Numbered from the stretch's first letter, positions 20,712 to 33,306 are shown. The stretch is DNA of 64,000 nt from Geopsychrobacteraceae bacterium (GCA_963676795.2 CAXXTB010000001.1:512001-576000); one strand, 5' to 3'. Program-made: numbers and translations. The notes: generated by a model not told the origin, from the sequence alone.

Positions 20712-21983
20712 TCAGCAGAACAGCGGCACGCTCAGGCCCATGCCGTGGGCGACGCTGGTGAAGGCATTGCCGGTGGCAGCCTTGTCGCGGCCGAAGCGGT
20801 CGCTGAACAGCTGCTGGATGTGGGGGATTTTTGAGGTGCCGCCGGTCAGGGAGACGGTATCGATCTGTTCAGGTTGCAGACCACACTGGCTCAGAACATC
20901 GTCGATGCAGTCGGCAATCTGCTGGAAATTTTCGCCGTTGAGACTTTCGAACTCCTCCCGGCTTAAGGATTCGGCAAGTTTGAAATCGACTTCATCAAAG
21001 CGGATGGCGGTCTGGTCGCTGCCTGAGAGGTCGCATTTGGCCTTTTCTATCGCCTGGAACAGGGCGAAACCGTAGTTTTCCTCGATGATATTCTCCAGGT
21101 TCTGAATCGCTTCGGGGTTGTCGGTGCTGCGCTTGATGGTGTTGATCAGCTCGCGGTTCTGGCGGCTGCGTAAGAGCGGAATACGGTGCCACTGGCTCAA
21201 GGTGTAGACCAGACTGGTTGGCACATCGCACCAGTCTTCGGTGGCAAAGGCCTGGTAGCGGGCGTTGCGGCCGAAGTAGGGGGCAACCTTGTCCCACATG
21301 ACCTGTGAATCGAAACGATCCCCGGCAATATAGACCCCGCCGAGGGCGAGGACATCGCCGCGCCGGTCCCTGCACCCCTGGCCGCCGCCTCTGACGCGGA
21401 TGACGGAAAAGTCCGAGGTGCCGCCACCGAAATCGCCGATAAAAGCGGTCCGTTCCTCGCCCGCCGGGAGGGAGGCTTCAAAGGCCAGCGCCGCGGCAAT
21501 CGGTTCGTACTGAAACCAGATATTCTCGAAACCGGCCTTCTTCGCGGCCTTGAGCAGGTAGGCTTCTGCCGCGGCATCCTTTTCCCTATCTTCCGAGAAG
21601 ACCACCGGGCGGCCGAGAACGACACTGTCGACTCTGGAACCGACATGCCTTTCGCCGCAGCTTTTCAGCTCTTTCAGGATGATCGCGATCAGGTCGTCAA
21701 TGCCGTAGCGCTTGCCGTAGATCTCGGTGCCGCTGAAACTGGTGCTGGGGAGAAAGGTCTTGATCGACTGCATGAAGCGGCCACAGGCGCCGTCGGCGAT
21801 ATACTCGTTGATCGCCTTGGCACCGGTAAAGATTTCCTTCTCTTCATTGAAATAGAGGACCGAACGCAGCAGGTCCTGAGAACGGCTGGTCTTGTCAACA
21901 GAGACAATCTCAACCTGGCCGTCGCGATAGACTGAGAGGGCTGAATTGGACGTTCCGAAATCGATACCAAAGACAATCTGCAC
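20712..21983 (-). CDS. yegD: Hsp70-family protein, YegD-like
   Basis: GIDFGTSNS, VLGRPV, EPIAAA, DFGGGTSDF, TGGTSKIP. Confidence 0.85.
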   Translation of the reverse strand: MQIVFGIDFGTSNSALSVYRDGQVEIVSVDKTSRSQDLLRSVLYFNEEKEIFTGAKAINEYIADGACGRFMQSIKTFLPSTSFSGTEIYGKRYGIDDLIAIILKELKSCGERHVGSRVDSVVLGRPVVFSEDREKDAAAEAYLLKAAKKAGFENIWFQYEPIAAALAFEASLPAGEERTAFIGDFGGGTSDFSVIRVRGGGQGCRDRRGDVLALGGVYIAGDRFDSQVMWDKVAPYFGRNARYQAFATEDWCDVPTSLVYTLSQWHRIPLLRSRQNRELINTIKRSTDNPEAIQNLENIIEENYGFALFQAIEKAKCDLSGSDQTAIRFDEVDFKLAESLSREEFESLNGENFQQIADCIDDVLSQCGLQPEQIDTVSLTGGTSKIPHIQQLFSDRFGRDKAATGNAFTSVAHGMGLSVPLFC

Positions 21984-22069
21984 TTACTTGACTCCTGTGA
22001 CGCGAAAAAACGTGAAGTAGTAATCTATTCCGCGCCACAAGGCAAGTCTTTAACGGCAGAAATGCAGAT

Positions 22070-22450
22070 TCAGAGGATGGGCGGTTGCTTCTCCAGCCAG
22101 GCCTCGGCCTCGTTCCTCTGCTCCCTGGTGAAGGCCCTGATCTCCAGGCCCGGAAGAAATTCGCTCTTGAGTTCACCGACCTTGCCAATCCAGCTCCTGT
22201 CGGTCAGGACCGCCGCTTTGTGGAATCTCCGGATCATGCCGAACAGCGCGGGGAGGTGGGAGAGCTCAACGGCGATGGCACCCAGTGATGGCAGATGATA
22301 GTCGACAAGGTCATAGAGCATCAGGCCGTTTTCGATCCCTGCCGATTTTTCCAGCAGCTCGTCCAGGGCAACTCTCATCTGTTCTGCATCAAGTTTGCCG
22401 CTCATTTCGATGTCGAGACGCTTGTCGTCAACTCTGGTGACTTTAAACAT
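22070..22450 (-). CDS. STAS/SEC14 (SpoIIAA-like) domain protein
   Basis: SGKLDAE, KAAVLTDRSWI, EIRAF...EAEAWL; GGAGG RBS. Confidence 0.8.
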   Translation of the reverse strand: MFKVTRVDDKRLDIEMSGKLDAEQMRVALDELLEKSAGIENGLMLYDLVDYHLPSLGAIAVELSHLPALFGMIRRFHKAAVLTDRSWIGKVGELKSEFLPGLEIRAFTREQRNEAEAWLEKQPPIL

Positions 22451-22502
22451 AAGGCACCTCCCGTTGTTTGTATTCCGCACTTATGGCAGGTTCGGTCGTC
22501 TA

Positions 22503-22625
22503 TCAATTATAGCAGAGAGCAAGGGTCCGGCCGTCGCGGACGATAAACGCACCAAAGGGGTCGCCACCGCTGGCGACCCCTTCAAGAGAAAGTTCGATAG
22601 CTCTGTCGATGTAAGGTTTATGCAT
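22503..22625 (-). pseudogene. Truncated nucleoside/guanine deaminase remnant
   Basis: MHKPYIDRAIELSLEGVASGGDPFGAFIVRDGRTLALCYN*: deaminase N-terminus that stops before the HAE and PCxxC zinc motifs. Confidence 0.65.
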
Positions 22626-22645
22626 GGCTTCTTCTCTTTTGCGCC

Positions 22646-24226
22646 TCACACATGCTCGATCGACGTATGGTTGGAGATCTCCGAATTGGTGGTGCACAGA
22701 TCGTCAACACAGAGCCCGTGGACACTGCCGTGTCCGGTCATACGGGCAAAGTCCTTGAGCTCGTCGGTGATGGCAGTGAAGAAGTTGGCGACCCGCTGTG
22801 CCGATTTGTCGATGTCGAAGCGGGCACGCAGCTCAGGGTCCTGGGTAGCGATACCGACCGGGCACTTGCCGCTGTCGCAGATGCGGTACTGCTGGCAGCC
22901 GAGCGCCATCATTGCGGTCGTGGCAATGGCTACGGCATCGGCGCCCATGGCCAGCGCCTTGGCAAAGTCGGACGAGATGCGCAGGCCGCCGGTGATGATC
23001 AGCGAAACGTCTTTGGCGCCCATCTCATCGAGGACCTGACGGGCCCGTGCCAGGGCAAAGATGGCAGGAATGGAGGCCGCATTCTTGACCACCTTGGCGG
23101 CCGATCCGGTCCCGCCGGCGCGGCCATCGATGGTGATGAAGTCAATGCCGGCCGACAGGGCGATCTCGATATCGGCGCGCAGATGACCGGCGGCCAGTTT
23201 GATGCCTATCGGTCTGCCAGCGCTGCGCTGGCGCAGGGAATCGACGGTTTTTTTCAGTTCAGCCGGGGTCCTGATGTCGGCAAAGTGGGCCGGGCTGTAG
23301 ATGTCCTGTCCTTCCGGAAAGCCCCGCACTTCGGCAATCTGTTTCGTTACCTTGACTCCGGGCAGGTGGCCGCCCATCCCCGGTTTGGCCGACTGACCGA
23401 TCTTGATCTCGATGGCGTCGACCTGCTGCAGGTAGGCATTGGTGACACTGTACTTGTTCGGCACATATTCGAAGATATAGCGATGCGCCACAGCCAGCGA
23501 TTCGGGCAGGATCCCCCCCTCGCCGGAGCTGGTTGCCGTCCCGGCAGCAGCGCTGCCCTTGGCCAGGGCGATCTTGGCTTCCGGAGAGAGCGCGCCGAAC
23601 GACATATGGCTGACGATGACCGGCGTGTCGATGACCAGCGGTCTGGCCGCTTTCGTGCCGATGACGGTGGTGCTGTCGACTGCCTCCGCCTTGTTGAGCG
23701 GCAAGCGGGAGAGCTGGGCCCCTTTGATCAGGATCTCATCCCAGGTGATGGTCGGCAGGCGGGTGCGCATCGGTTCGATCAGGCTCTTGCCGGTCATCGC
23801 CATCTGGTGGATATCGGCCATGTGGGTTTCAAACTCATCCGCTTTACGCTGCCATTCGCTCAGGTATTCACCGGTGTGACTTTGGCCTGATGCCTGAGTT
23901 TTGACTGCTCCCGGCAGGCTGCGGCTGAAGGATGCTTTGCCGGCGCCACAGGCCGGGCAGATCCAGTCTGCCGGCAGGCTATCCCAGGCTGTTCCTTCCC
24001 TGACCTCGTCGTAGCTGTAACCGCAGATATTGCAGGTGGCGATGGCTGCCGGGGTGACTGGTGGTTCCGTTTGCCTGGTTTTATCCCTGCCAGCGGTGCA
24101 GGTAAAGCCCTCTTTGGGAGAAGCGCAGGCCGGGCAGAACCAGTTTTCATCCAGATCCTGCCAGGGGGTGGTTTGTTCGCTTTCATCGTATGTGTAAGAG
24201 CAGAGCTCGCATTGCCATTTGAACAT
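22646..24226 (-). CDS. FMN-binding glutamate synthase family protein with two N-terminal rubredoxin domains
   Basis: Two CxxC...WxCPxC rubredoxins; MSFGALS, GEGG, IEIKIGQSAKPGMGGHLP, CQQYRICDSGKCPVGIATQDP. Confidence 0.9.
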   Translation of the reverse strand: MFKWQCELCSYTYDESEQTTPWQDLDENWFCPACASPKEGFTCTAGRDKTRQTEPPVTPAAIATCNICGYSYDEVREGTAWDSLPADWICPACGAGKASFSRSLPGAVKTQASGQSHTGEYLSEWQRKADEFETHMADIHQMAMTGKSLIEPMRTRLPTITWDEILIKGAQLSRLPLNKAEAVDSTTVIGTKAARPLVIDTPVIVSHMSFGALSPEAKIALAKGSAAAGTATSSGEGGILPESLAVAHRYIFEYVPNKYSVTNAYLQQVDAIEIKIGQSAKPGMGGHLPGVKVTKQIAEVRGFPEGQDIYSPAHFADIRTPAELKKTVDSLRQRSAGRPIGIKLAAGHLRADIEIALSAGIDFITIDGRAGGTGSAAKVVKNAASIPAIFALARARQVLDEMGAKDVSLIITGGLRISSDFAKALAMGADAVAIATTAMMALGCQQYRICDSGKCPVGIATQDPELRARFDIDKSAQRVANFFTAITDELKDFARMTGHGSVHGLCVDDLCTTNSEISNHTSIEHV

Positions 24227-24692
24227 GACTTCCTCCGAAAAATGAATTGCTGCAATAACAAGAAGATAGGCCTGCAGTATAGCTGCAGGTGCCAAGCATT
24301 ACCAGCTGAATTGCCGGACATTCAGCCGGTCAGGAAGCGGCAGAAACAGTAAACTGGGGCATGCGCAGAAGGCGTTGTGCATTCCTGATTACGAAATATA
24401 TGTGAAAAAATGTCACCATTTCCACCTGTCTTTGCCATAGCCGGACCTGTCTTCTAACTAGCTGCAATAGGGGTGAAAATTGCTCCATCCGCTAGTTGCG
24501 AGGAGCTCTGATCAGGGGGGGCAAACTGACCTTTTAAGTCCCTTTTTTTGTCCTCCCCCCTCTCATAACAGCGACAGACGATGTATAATTCCAGAACAAG
24601 CAGGAATTGCTGACGCTGGGAGCCTGTCGGACGTTGGAGCAGCTTCTTGTGATGATCGACAGACTCCCGGGTTCCCCACGGGAGGTTCTCAT

Positions 24693-26765
24693 ATGGCTCA
24701 GGCAAGGGTACGCAAAGACAGTCCGTCTTTGGATTTTCATCTGCAGGCCGTGAAGGCCGGTGAACGCCGCTTTGAAAACGCCTTTCAGAGTGTTGCGCGG
24801 ATGATCCTTTCCCATCCGGTCACCAAGGTCGTGGTCAACGGCAGGTCGACCTACGATTTCGAGATTTTCCGCCTCGGTTCCAAGCACGCCATCGGCATGT
24901 ATGACGAGATCAACAGCTTCGTCTCCTTCGTCAAGGATGCCGCAGAAGGCGGCTCGTCCAAGGAGATGGCCTACGTGCTGGTCGGCGAGCCGGGCAACGG
25001 CAAGACCTTCTTCGTCGAGTACCTGTGCGGCAAGTACCGCGAGTTCCTCCAGCAGCCGGTCAACCGCAAGTACACCTTCCGTTTTACCGGCCTCGACCAG
25101 ATCGGCAGTTACGGCAAGATCAGCAGCATCGAGTCGCAGACCTACGAAGACCCGCTGGTGCTGGCGATGAACCTGGGCGAAACCCTCGATCAGAGCAAGG
25201 AATTGCTCGCCAAAACCTGGAAGTTCACCGACAAGCAGATTGACGGGTTCTATGAGAATTACCGTCCCTTGGGGGCCTGCAGCAGCTACATCCTGGAGGA
25301 ACTGCGCGGCCACTGTAACGGCAGTATCCCCGAACTGCTCAAGATGGTTGATATCCTGCCGGTTCCCTTGAGTGAATCGCTGGGGACGGTGACCGGCAAG
25401 TACGCGGCCAAGGACAAGATCACCTCAAGCGCCGTCGACCTGCTCGGCGAGGAATCGATCCAGCGTCTGCTGCATATCGCCGACACCAACAATCCCTACC
25501 GTTTCGACCTGCGCCGTGGCGCCCTGGCCCGGGTGGCCGGCGGCGGCATTCACTTCAGCGACGAGATCTACAAAAACAAGAAGGACCTGGTTCAGGTCTA
25601 CCTCGGGGTCATCCAGAACCGGCTGATCGAGATGGACGGCTACAAGTGGCCGATCGACACCCTGATCATTGCCACCAGCAACAACGCCGAGTTCAACCGC
25701 TTCCTTTCCGAAAAGGAGGAGGCGCCGATCATCGACCGCTGCCGGATCTGCTACGTCTCCCACAACACCAACTACAAGATGCAGAAGGGGTTGACCGAAT
25801 ACGCCATCGGCAACGAGAGCAAGACCACCCTGACCGGCCAGGTCCTGCATCAGGATCCGAATCTCAACTACGCGGCCAGTGTCGCCGTGGTGCTGACCCG
25901 CCTGCCGCACAGCGAGAAGCTGACCGCCATCGAAACCATGAAACTGGCGGCCGGCGAGGTGGCCGGCGAGAAGAGCATCAAGACCCTCGCCGAGGTCATC
26001 GACCAGCTCAACCAGGAGGCCGACATCACCAAGCGCTTCGGTCAGAAGGGGCTGGGGCAACGGAATTTAGGAAGGGCGATCCAGCTTATGATCGAGTCGT
26101 CCGAGACCAACGAGGGGCGCTGCATGTTCGCCCACGATGTCTTTCGCAGCATCGAAAGGGTCATTCTCGACTACGTTGCCGACAACAACGACCGGGCCAA
26201 GTTCCTCTCCGACCTGCGCCTGGCCAAGCAGCTCTACCGCGAGCGGATCATGACCGAGATGTTCAACGCTTACATGGACGAACCGCAGGCGATCCGCAAG
26301 GATGTCATGAGCTACGTCAACATGATCATCGGTATCGACGCCGACAACCTTGGCCCGGACAAGATGTGGAAGTACCGCGATCCGCAGACTGACGAGCTCA
26401 AGGCGCTCAAGATCGATCCACGCTTCATCCAGAACGTCGAAGACCGGCTGGGCTTAAAGACCGAGGAGCAGCGCGAGAGCTTCCGCACCTCGATCCGCAA
26501 GATCTACGGCCAGAAGATCTCCATCGATCCTGCTTACGACTTCATGGACAACCTCGAGCTGGTCAAGGCGGTCACCGATGTGCGCCTCAAGTCGGATATC
26601 GCCGGCGCCGGTTCGCTGGTCGGAGCGCTGGCCAACCGCACCAACGAAGAGAACCAGAAGCTCTATGACCGGATGGTCGACACCATGCTCGGCCAGCTCG
26701 GCTACTGCAAGACCTGCGCGCAGAAGACCATCGAGTATTTCTGTACCCAGGATGATGAAAGCTGA
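24693..26765 (+). CDS. prkA: PrkA/YeaG-family AAA+ serine kinase-like protein (copy 1)
   Basis: Walker A GEPGNGKT, Walker B IHFSDE; operon context; GGAGG before ATG 24693. Confidence 0.85.
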   Translation: MAQARVRKDSPSLDFHLQAVKAGERRFENAFQSVARMILSHPVTKVVVNGRSTYDFEIFRLGSKHAIGMYDEINSFVSFVKDAAEGGSSKEMAYVLVGEPGNGKTFFVEYLCGKYREFLQQPVNRKYTFRFTGLDQIGSYGKISSIESQTYEDPLVLAMNLGETLDQSKELLAKTWKFTDKQIDGFYENYRPLGACSSYILEELRGHCNGSIPELLKMVDILPVPLSESLGTVTGKYAAKDKITSSAVDLLGEESIQRLLHIADTNNPYRFDLRRGALARVAGGGIHFSDEIYKNKKDLVQVYLGVIQNRLIEMDGYKWPIDTLIIATSNNAEFNRFLSEKEEAPIIDRCRICYVSHNTNYKMQKGLTEYAIGNESKTTLTGQVLHQDPNLNYAASVAVVLTRLPHSEKLTAIETMKLAAGEVAGEKSIKTLAEVIDQLNQEADITKRFGQKGLGQRNLGRAIQLMIESSETNEGRCMFAHDVFRSIERVILDYVADNNDRAKFLSDLRLAKQLYRERIMTEMFNAYMDEPQAIRKDVMSYVNMIIGIDADNLGPDKMWKYRDPQTDELKALKIDPRFIQNVEDRLGLKTEEQRESFRTSIRKIYGQKISIDPAYDFMDNLELVKAVTDVRLKSDIAGAGSLVGALANRTNEENQKLYDRMVDTMLGQLGYCKTCAQKTIEYFCTQDDES

Positions 26766-26779
26766 GGCTTAGGTAGCCT

Positions 26780-28120
26780 ATGAAACGACCGAAGACAGAT
26801 AAAACCTCCCGGTCGGACAGTGCGCAAAACACCCCGACCGCTCAGACCCTGGATCAGGAGATTCGCCAGGCAGATCCCGGCCCGCCCCTGAACGATCTGT
26901 ATGCGGCGAACGATTACCAGCTTCTGTTGCAGATGAGCGACGGCAAGGCGGGTGTCTCGCACAGCATGCGCAGCCTCGACGAGTTGCTTGAGCGTGACAA
27001 GGTGCGCGAAAAGGATGGTTTCCCGCGCAAAATCAAGCTCGGCAAGCTGGTCAAGCCGACCCGCGACAGCGGCAAGAAGGTGATCGTCGTGCCGACCACC
27101 GTCGAGGAGAAGTTCGTCCACGACAGCCGCTTCAAGCAGAAGAGTGAGGGGGGCGAACAGAGCGGCGGCCAAGGCGAAGGGGACGAGGGGGAGGTCATCG
27201 GTGAACAGCCGGTCCACGAAAGTCAGGAAGGGGAAGGCGCCGGGGCCGGCCAGGGGGAAGGTGGCAGCCATGAGATCGACGCCGATGCCTACGATCTCGG
27301 CCGCGTCCTGACCGAACAGTTTCAGTTGCCCAACCTCAAGGAGAAAGGGAAGCGGCGGTCGCTGACCCGCTTCACCTATGACCTGACCGACCGTAACCGC
27401 GGTTTCGGCCAGATCCTCGACAAGAAGGCGACCCTGCGCCAGGTGCTCGAAACCAACATCGGCCTCGGCAAGATTGCCGATCCAACCGCGATCGATCCCG
27501 GCGATTTCCTGATCGCGCCGGGGGACAAGGTCTACCGCATCCTCTCCCGCGAGAAAGACTTCGAATCGCAGGCCGTGGTCTTCTTCATCCGCGACTATTC
27601 CGGATCGATGTACGGCAACCCGACCGAGCTGGTCGTCACCCAGCATATCCTCATCTACAGCTGGCTGCTCTACCAGTATCACGGTCGTGTCGAGTTGCGT
27701 TTTATCCTCCACGACACCCAGGCCAGGGAGGTCGACGATTTCTACACCTACTACAACTCGCGGGTTGCAGGGGGCACCCAGGTCGCAGCCGGCTACCGGC
27801 TGATCAACAAGATCGTCGCCGAGGAGAGCCTGTCCAGCGAAAGCAACATCTATGTCTTTCACGGCACCGACGGCGATGACTGGGATCGTGAAGGAACCCA
27901 GGCGATCAAGGAGCTGGAGATCATGCTGAACTACGCCAGCCGGGTCGGTATCACCATCGCCGAGCGGGCCCACGTCACGCCGGGCACGACCCTGATGGAA
28001 AACTATCTGAAACGTTCCGGCATGATCGAGAGAAGCAAGACCTTCAGGGTCGATTCGATGAAGGACAACGTCGGCGAAGCACGGATCATTGAAGGGATCA
28101 AGAACCTGGTGTCCGAATAG
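26780..28120 (+). CDS. YeaH/YhbH (DUF444) VWA-domain protein
   Basis: Gly/Glu-rich linker; RDYSGSM MIDAS; GGTQVA; FHGTDGDDW. Confidence 0.9.
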   Translation: MKRPKTDKTSRSDSAQNTPTAQTLDQEIRQADPGPPLNDLYAANDYQLLLQMSDGKAGVSHSMRSLDELLERDKVREKDGFPRKIKLGKLVKPTRDSGKKVIVVPTTVEEKFVHDSRFKQKSEGGEQSGGQGEGDEGEVIGEQPVHESQEGEGAGAGQGEGGSHEIDADAYDLGRVLTEQFQLPNLKEKGKRRSLTRFTYDLTDRNRGFGQILDKKATLRQVLETNIGLGKIADPTAIDPGDFLIAPGDKVYRILSREKDFESQAVVFFIRDYSGSMYGNPTELVVTQHILIYSWLLYQYHGRVELRFILHDTQAREVDDFYTYYNSRVAGGTQVAAGYRLINKIVAEESLSSESNIYVFHGTDGDDWDREGTQAIKELEIMLNYASRVGITIAERAHVTPGTTLMENYLKRSGMIERSKTFRVDSMKDNVGEARIIEGIKNLVSE

Positions 28121-28160
28121 TTTTCAGCCGGAAACGGCCCTTTTCCGCTGTGGCGGCGTA

Positions 28161-28216
28161 CCCCCCTGCTCGTAAACTCGCTTCCCCCCTATTTTATAGG
28201 GGGGATCAAGGGGGGT
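28161..28216 (-). repeat. REP-like palindromic repeat, copy 2 (inverted)
   Basis: Reverse complement closely matches 12312-12368. Confidence 0.75.
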
Positions 28217-28255
28217 GCTTTTAAAACGTACACTCATTATTGCGAGGCGCAGCCT

Positions 28256-29868
<1,613 letters not shown>

Positions 29869-29872
<4 letters not shown>

Positions 29873-32226
29873 CCAACGGAATCAAGGAACTCAACAGCAA
29901 AAAAGCGCCGATCAACCGGGCCATGGAGAACTTTGCCCGCCAGCATGGGAACCATCTGCAGGGTGAGGTGGTGCCGTTTGACCGTTACCTGGAAATGGTC
30001 ATGAACGATCCGACCATGACCATCCGCAACATCTTTCAGCTCTTTCATGACATGATCAGGGCCTATATCTCGGGTGGTGTCGATGAATACGAAGGGGATC
30101 CGGAATCGATCAACTATATGTTCTACGACACCTCGAAGCTGTTTTTCGAGAATGCCGACAACCCCTTCTTTGCCGATCGTCTGTTTACCAACCGGCTGGT
30201 CAAGCTGGTCGACAATTTCCGCAGCAGTATCCAGCAGAACAAGATCTATATCTTCAAGGGACCGCATGGCAGCGGCAAGAGCACCTTCCTCGACAATCTG
30301 CTGCGCGCCTTCGAGCAGTACGCCAACAGCGCGGAAGGACGCACCTATGAAGCTGTCTGGCGTCTCGATCACCGGCTGCTCAACAGGTTCAGTCCGGTTC
30401 AGCTCGATCGCCTGCTGATGCAGCTTGTCGAAACCATGGATGAGCTGGAGCTGTCCGCTTCGGTGGAGGACGCCCAGCGCGCAATCCAGCACGGTGAACT
30501 CTACCTGGAGATCCCCTGTCCGAGTCACGACAACCCGGTGCTGATGATTCCGCGTGATCAGCGCCGCGATTTCTTCGACGACCTGTTCCGCAACGACGAA
30601 ATCAAGTGGAAGCTGTTCACCGAAAAACAGTACGAATGGGTGTTCAAGGAGACTCCCTGCACCATCTGCTCGTCGATCTATCAGGCGCTGACCCGGCGCC
30701 TGGACAACCCGGCGCTGGCGCTCAAGATGCTCCATGCCCGGCCCTATCGCTTCAACCGCAGAATGGGGACCGGGATCAGCGTCTTCAATCCCGGCGACCC
30801 GTCGCTCAAGCGCGATGTACTGACCAACGAGATCCTCCAGCAGCGGATCAACCGGATGCTGCGCGACAGCAACCAGGTCCAGTACATCTACTCCAACTTT
30901 GCCAAGACCAACAACGGCGTCTACGCGCTGATGGACGTCAAGGGGGACAACGTCGAACGCCTGATCAAGCTGCACAACATCATCAGCGAGGGGGTGCACA
31001 AGGTCGAGGATATCGAGGAGCAGGTTACTTCGCTGTTCCTGGCCCTGATGAATCCGGAGGACGAGCAGAGCATCAAGGACCTGCCGTCGCTCTCCGACCG
31101 GATCGAATATATCAAGATCCCCTACATCCTCGATCTGCGTACCGAGGTTGAGATCTACCGCAACATCTTCGCCCGCCATATCGATGACAGCTTCCTGCCG
31201 CGGGTCCTGCACAACTTCGCCCGGATCATCATCTCAACCCGGCTGCGCCGTGAATCTCCGGCGATGCTGGAATGGATCAGGGATCCGCATCGTTACAGCC
31301 GCTTCTGCGACCGCAACCTGCAGCTGCTCAAGATGGAGATCTACACCGGCAATATCCCGGCCTGGCTCGACGAAAGCGATCGCAAGTCGCTGACCGCCAA
31401 GCTGCGCAAAAAGATTATCGCCGAGTCGGAGAACGAGGGGGACCGGGGGTTCTCGGGGCGTGATTCGATCAGGATCTTCAGCGAACTCTACGCGGCTTAC
31501 GCCAAGGAAGGCTCGCTGATCAACATGACCACGCTGCGCAAGTTCTTCAGCCGCAACGCCCAGTGGAAGAAGATGATCCCGGACGGTTTTCTCGATGCGC
31601 TGATGCAGATGTACGACTACACCATCACCCAGGAGATCAAGGAGGCGCTCTATTATTACAACGAAGAGCAGATCGACCACGATCTGAAGAATTACATCTT
31701 CGCCCTCAATTTCGAAGAGGGGGAGCAGGTCAACTGTATCTATACCGGCGATCGCTTTACCATCGGCGAGGAGTTCTTCCGGCCGATCGAGGCGCGGCTG
31801 TTCGCCGATATCTCCGATTACACCGAGGTGCTCGCCTATCGCCGGGAATTCCAGAAGGAGTACACCAGCCGGACCCTGACCCAGGAGCTGCGCCTCGACG
31901 GGCGCAAGCTGCATGAGACCCGGCTCTACCGCTCGCTCTACGAGCGCTATGTCCATTTCCTTAAGGAGCAGGTCCTGGAGCCGTTTCTCAAGAATGAAAA
32001 CTTCCGCATGGCGATCAAGGATTTCGGCAGTGAGGAATTCAAAACCTATGACACCAAGATCAGGAACGACGTGACCTTCCTGATGAACAACCTGTGCAAG
32101 AAGTTCGACTATACCAGGCTGGGCGCCAAGGAGGTCTGTCTCTACTTTGTCGACAAGCAGAATCAGGCGGAGAGTCCGAAGGGGTGGAGCGGAGATGATG
32201 CGTCAGAGCTGGAACCGAAGGAGTGA
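29869..32226 (+). CDS. PrkA/YeaG-family AAA+ protein (copy 2, divergent)
   Basis: Walker A GPHGSGKS; ATGA overlap with spoVR; DRIEYIKIPY; EGDRGFSGR. Confidence 0.8.
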
Positions 32227-32273
32227 GTCAGGTTCTGCTTGAATACTAATTCGGCTTTCTGTTCCATGGATGT

Positions 32274-32713
32274 CAAGCCGGGAACCGGCTTTGCGATTGC
32301 GCGAATCGGGGCGCGCAGCGACACGTCTGAGCGTGTAGAGAATAGCAGCCCCAAAGCTACGAAGAACGCCAGAAATAAACTAGGTCAGCGTATTTGAAGC
32401 GCTTTCTTTTGGTTACGTTTTCTTTGTCGCCACAAAGAAAATGAACCCGGCAGGCGGGCCGGGACCCGCCGGTGTTGGTTCTTAAGATTGTGATGTTGAT
32501 TTTTAAGACAAAAACCACGGGGTCGCGGCCCCGAACGCCGCCATACTCTTTTGTCTTGCCACAAAAGAGTATGCAGAAAAGGGCAGTTTATAGGTCGGTA
32601 GTGTTCCTGCCTCTCTGCCGTAGCCTCAAATCAGTACCAGACAACGCGCCCCAAGATGGGCGAGCCCATCAACGGGCAGAATCGAAAAAACTCCGCAGAG
32701 CGGAGTTTTGATT
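32274..32713 (+). repeat. ~440-bp multi-hairpin intergenic element, copy A
   Basis: Collinear similarity to the reverse complement of 60710-61142, with conserved stems. Confidence 0.8.
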
Positions 32714-32728
32714 GATACCTGAATTAAC

Positions 32729-32756
32729 AAGCCCCGGCTTTTTTAAACCGGGGCTT
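32729..32756. terminator. Terminator hairpin after the DUF2059 gene
   Basis: aagccccgg-loop-ccggggctt. Confidence 0.6.
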
Positions 32757-32760
32757 AACT

Positions 32761-33306
32761 TTATTGCTGGGCCGCTGGTTCTTCCGCAGGCTGCGTGGCT
32801 TCCTGAAGCTCTTCGATCATGTGCCGGCTGATCGCCTGGATCTGGGGAATCAGGTCTTTCATGTTCTCCTGGGCGATGACCATCGATTCCTGCATCAGCA
32901 TCGGCATCTTTTCGATCATCTTCTGGCCGGCGGCCGAGGTGTAGAACTCGCTGATCGCCTTGATCTCGTCGCTGGTATAGACCCGGGCGTACAGGTCAAT
33001 GAACTGATCGCGCAGCTTCTCCCAGGACATTTCGGCTTTCAGCAGGTCGAACATCTGCTTGTTGTATTTTTCATAGATCGGCAACTGCTCCTCGCGGGCC
33101 CCCGTCTGTTCATACTGGCTCTGCAGCATCGCCTCCAGCTGGGCGTACATCGGCTCCATCATCTTGTCCATTTTGGTCATGGTCAGCATTTCTTCGATAT
33201 CGGCGCGCAGCTCTGGATTCGCAGCACTGTCGTCTGCACAGCTGAAGGTTGGAATCATGGTGGCAACAAACATGGCAAGCACAAGCAGTTTTGCAAAAGT
33301 TTTCAC
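32761..33306 (-). CDS. DUF2059 domain exported protein
   Basis: Signal peptide; LYARVYTSDEIKAISEFYTSAAGQKMIEKMP. Confidence 0.85.
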   Translation of the reverse strand: MKTFAKLLVLAMFVATMIPTFSCADDSAANPELRADIEEMLTMTKMDKMMEPMYAQLEAMLQSQYEQTGAREEQLPIYEKYNKQMFDLLKAEMSWEKLRDQFIDLYARVYTSDEIKAISEFYTSAAGQKMIEKMPMLMQESMVIAQENMKDLIPQIQAISRHMIEELQEATQPAEEPAAQQ

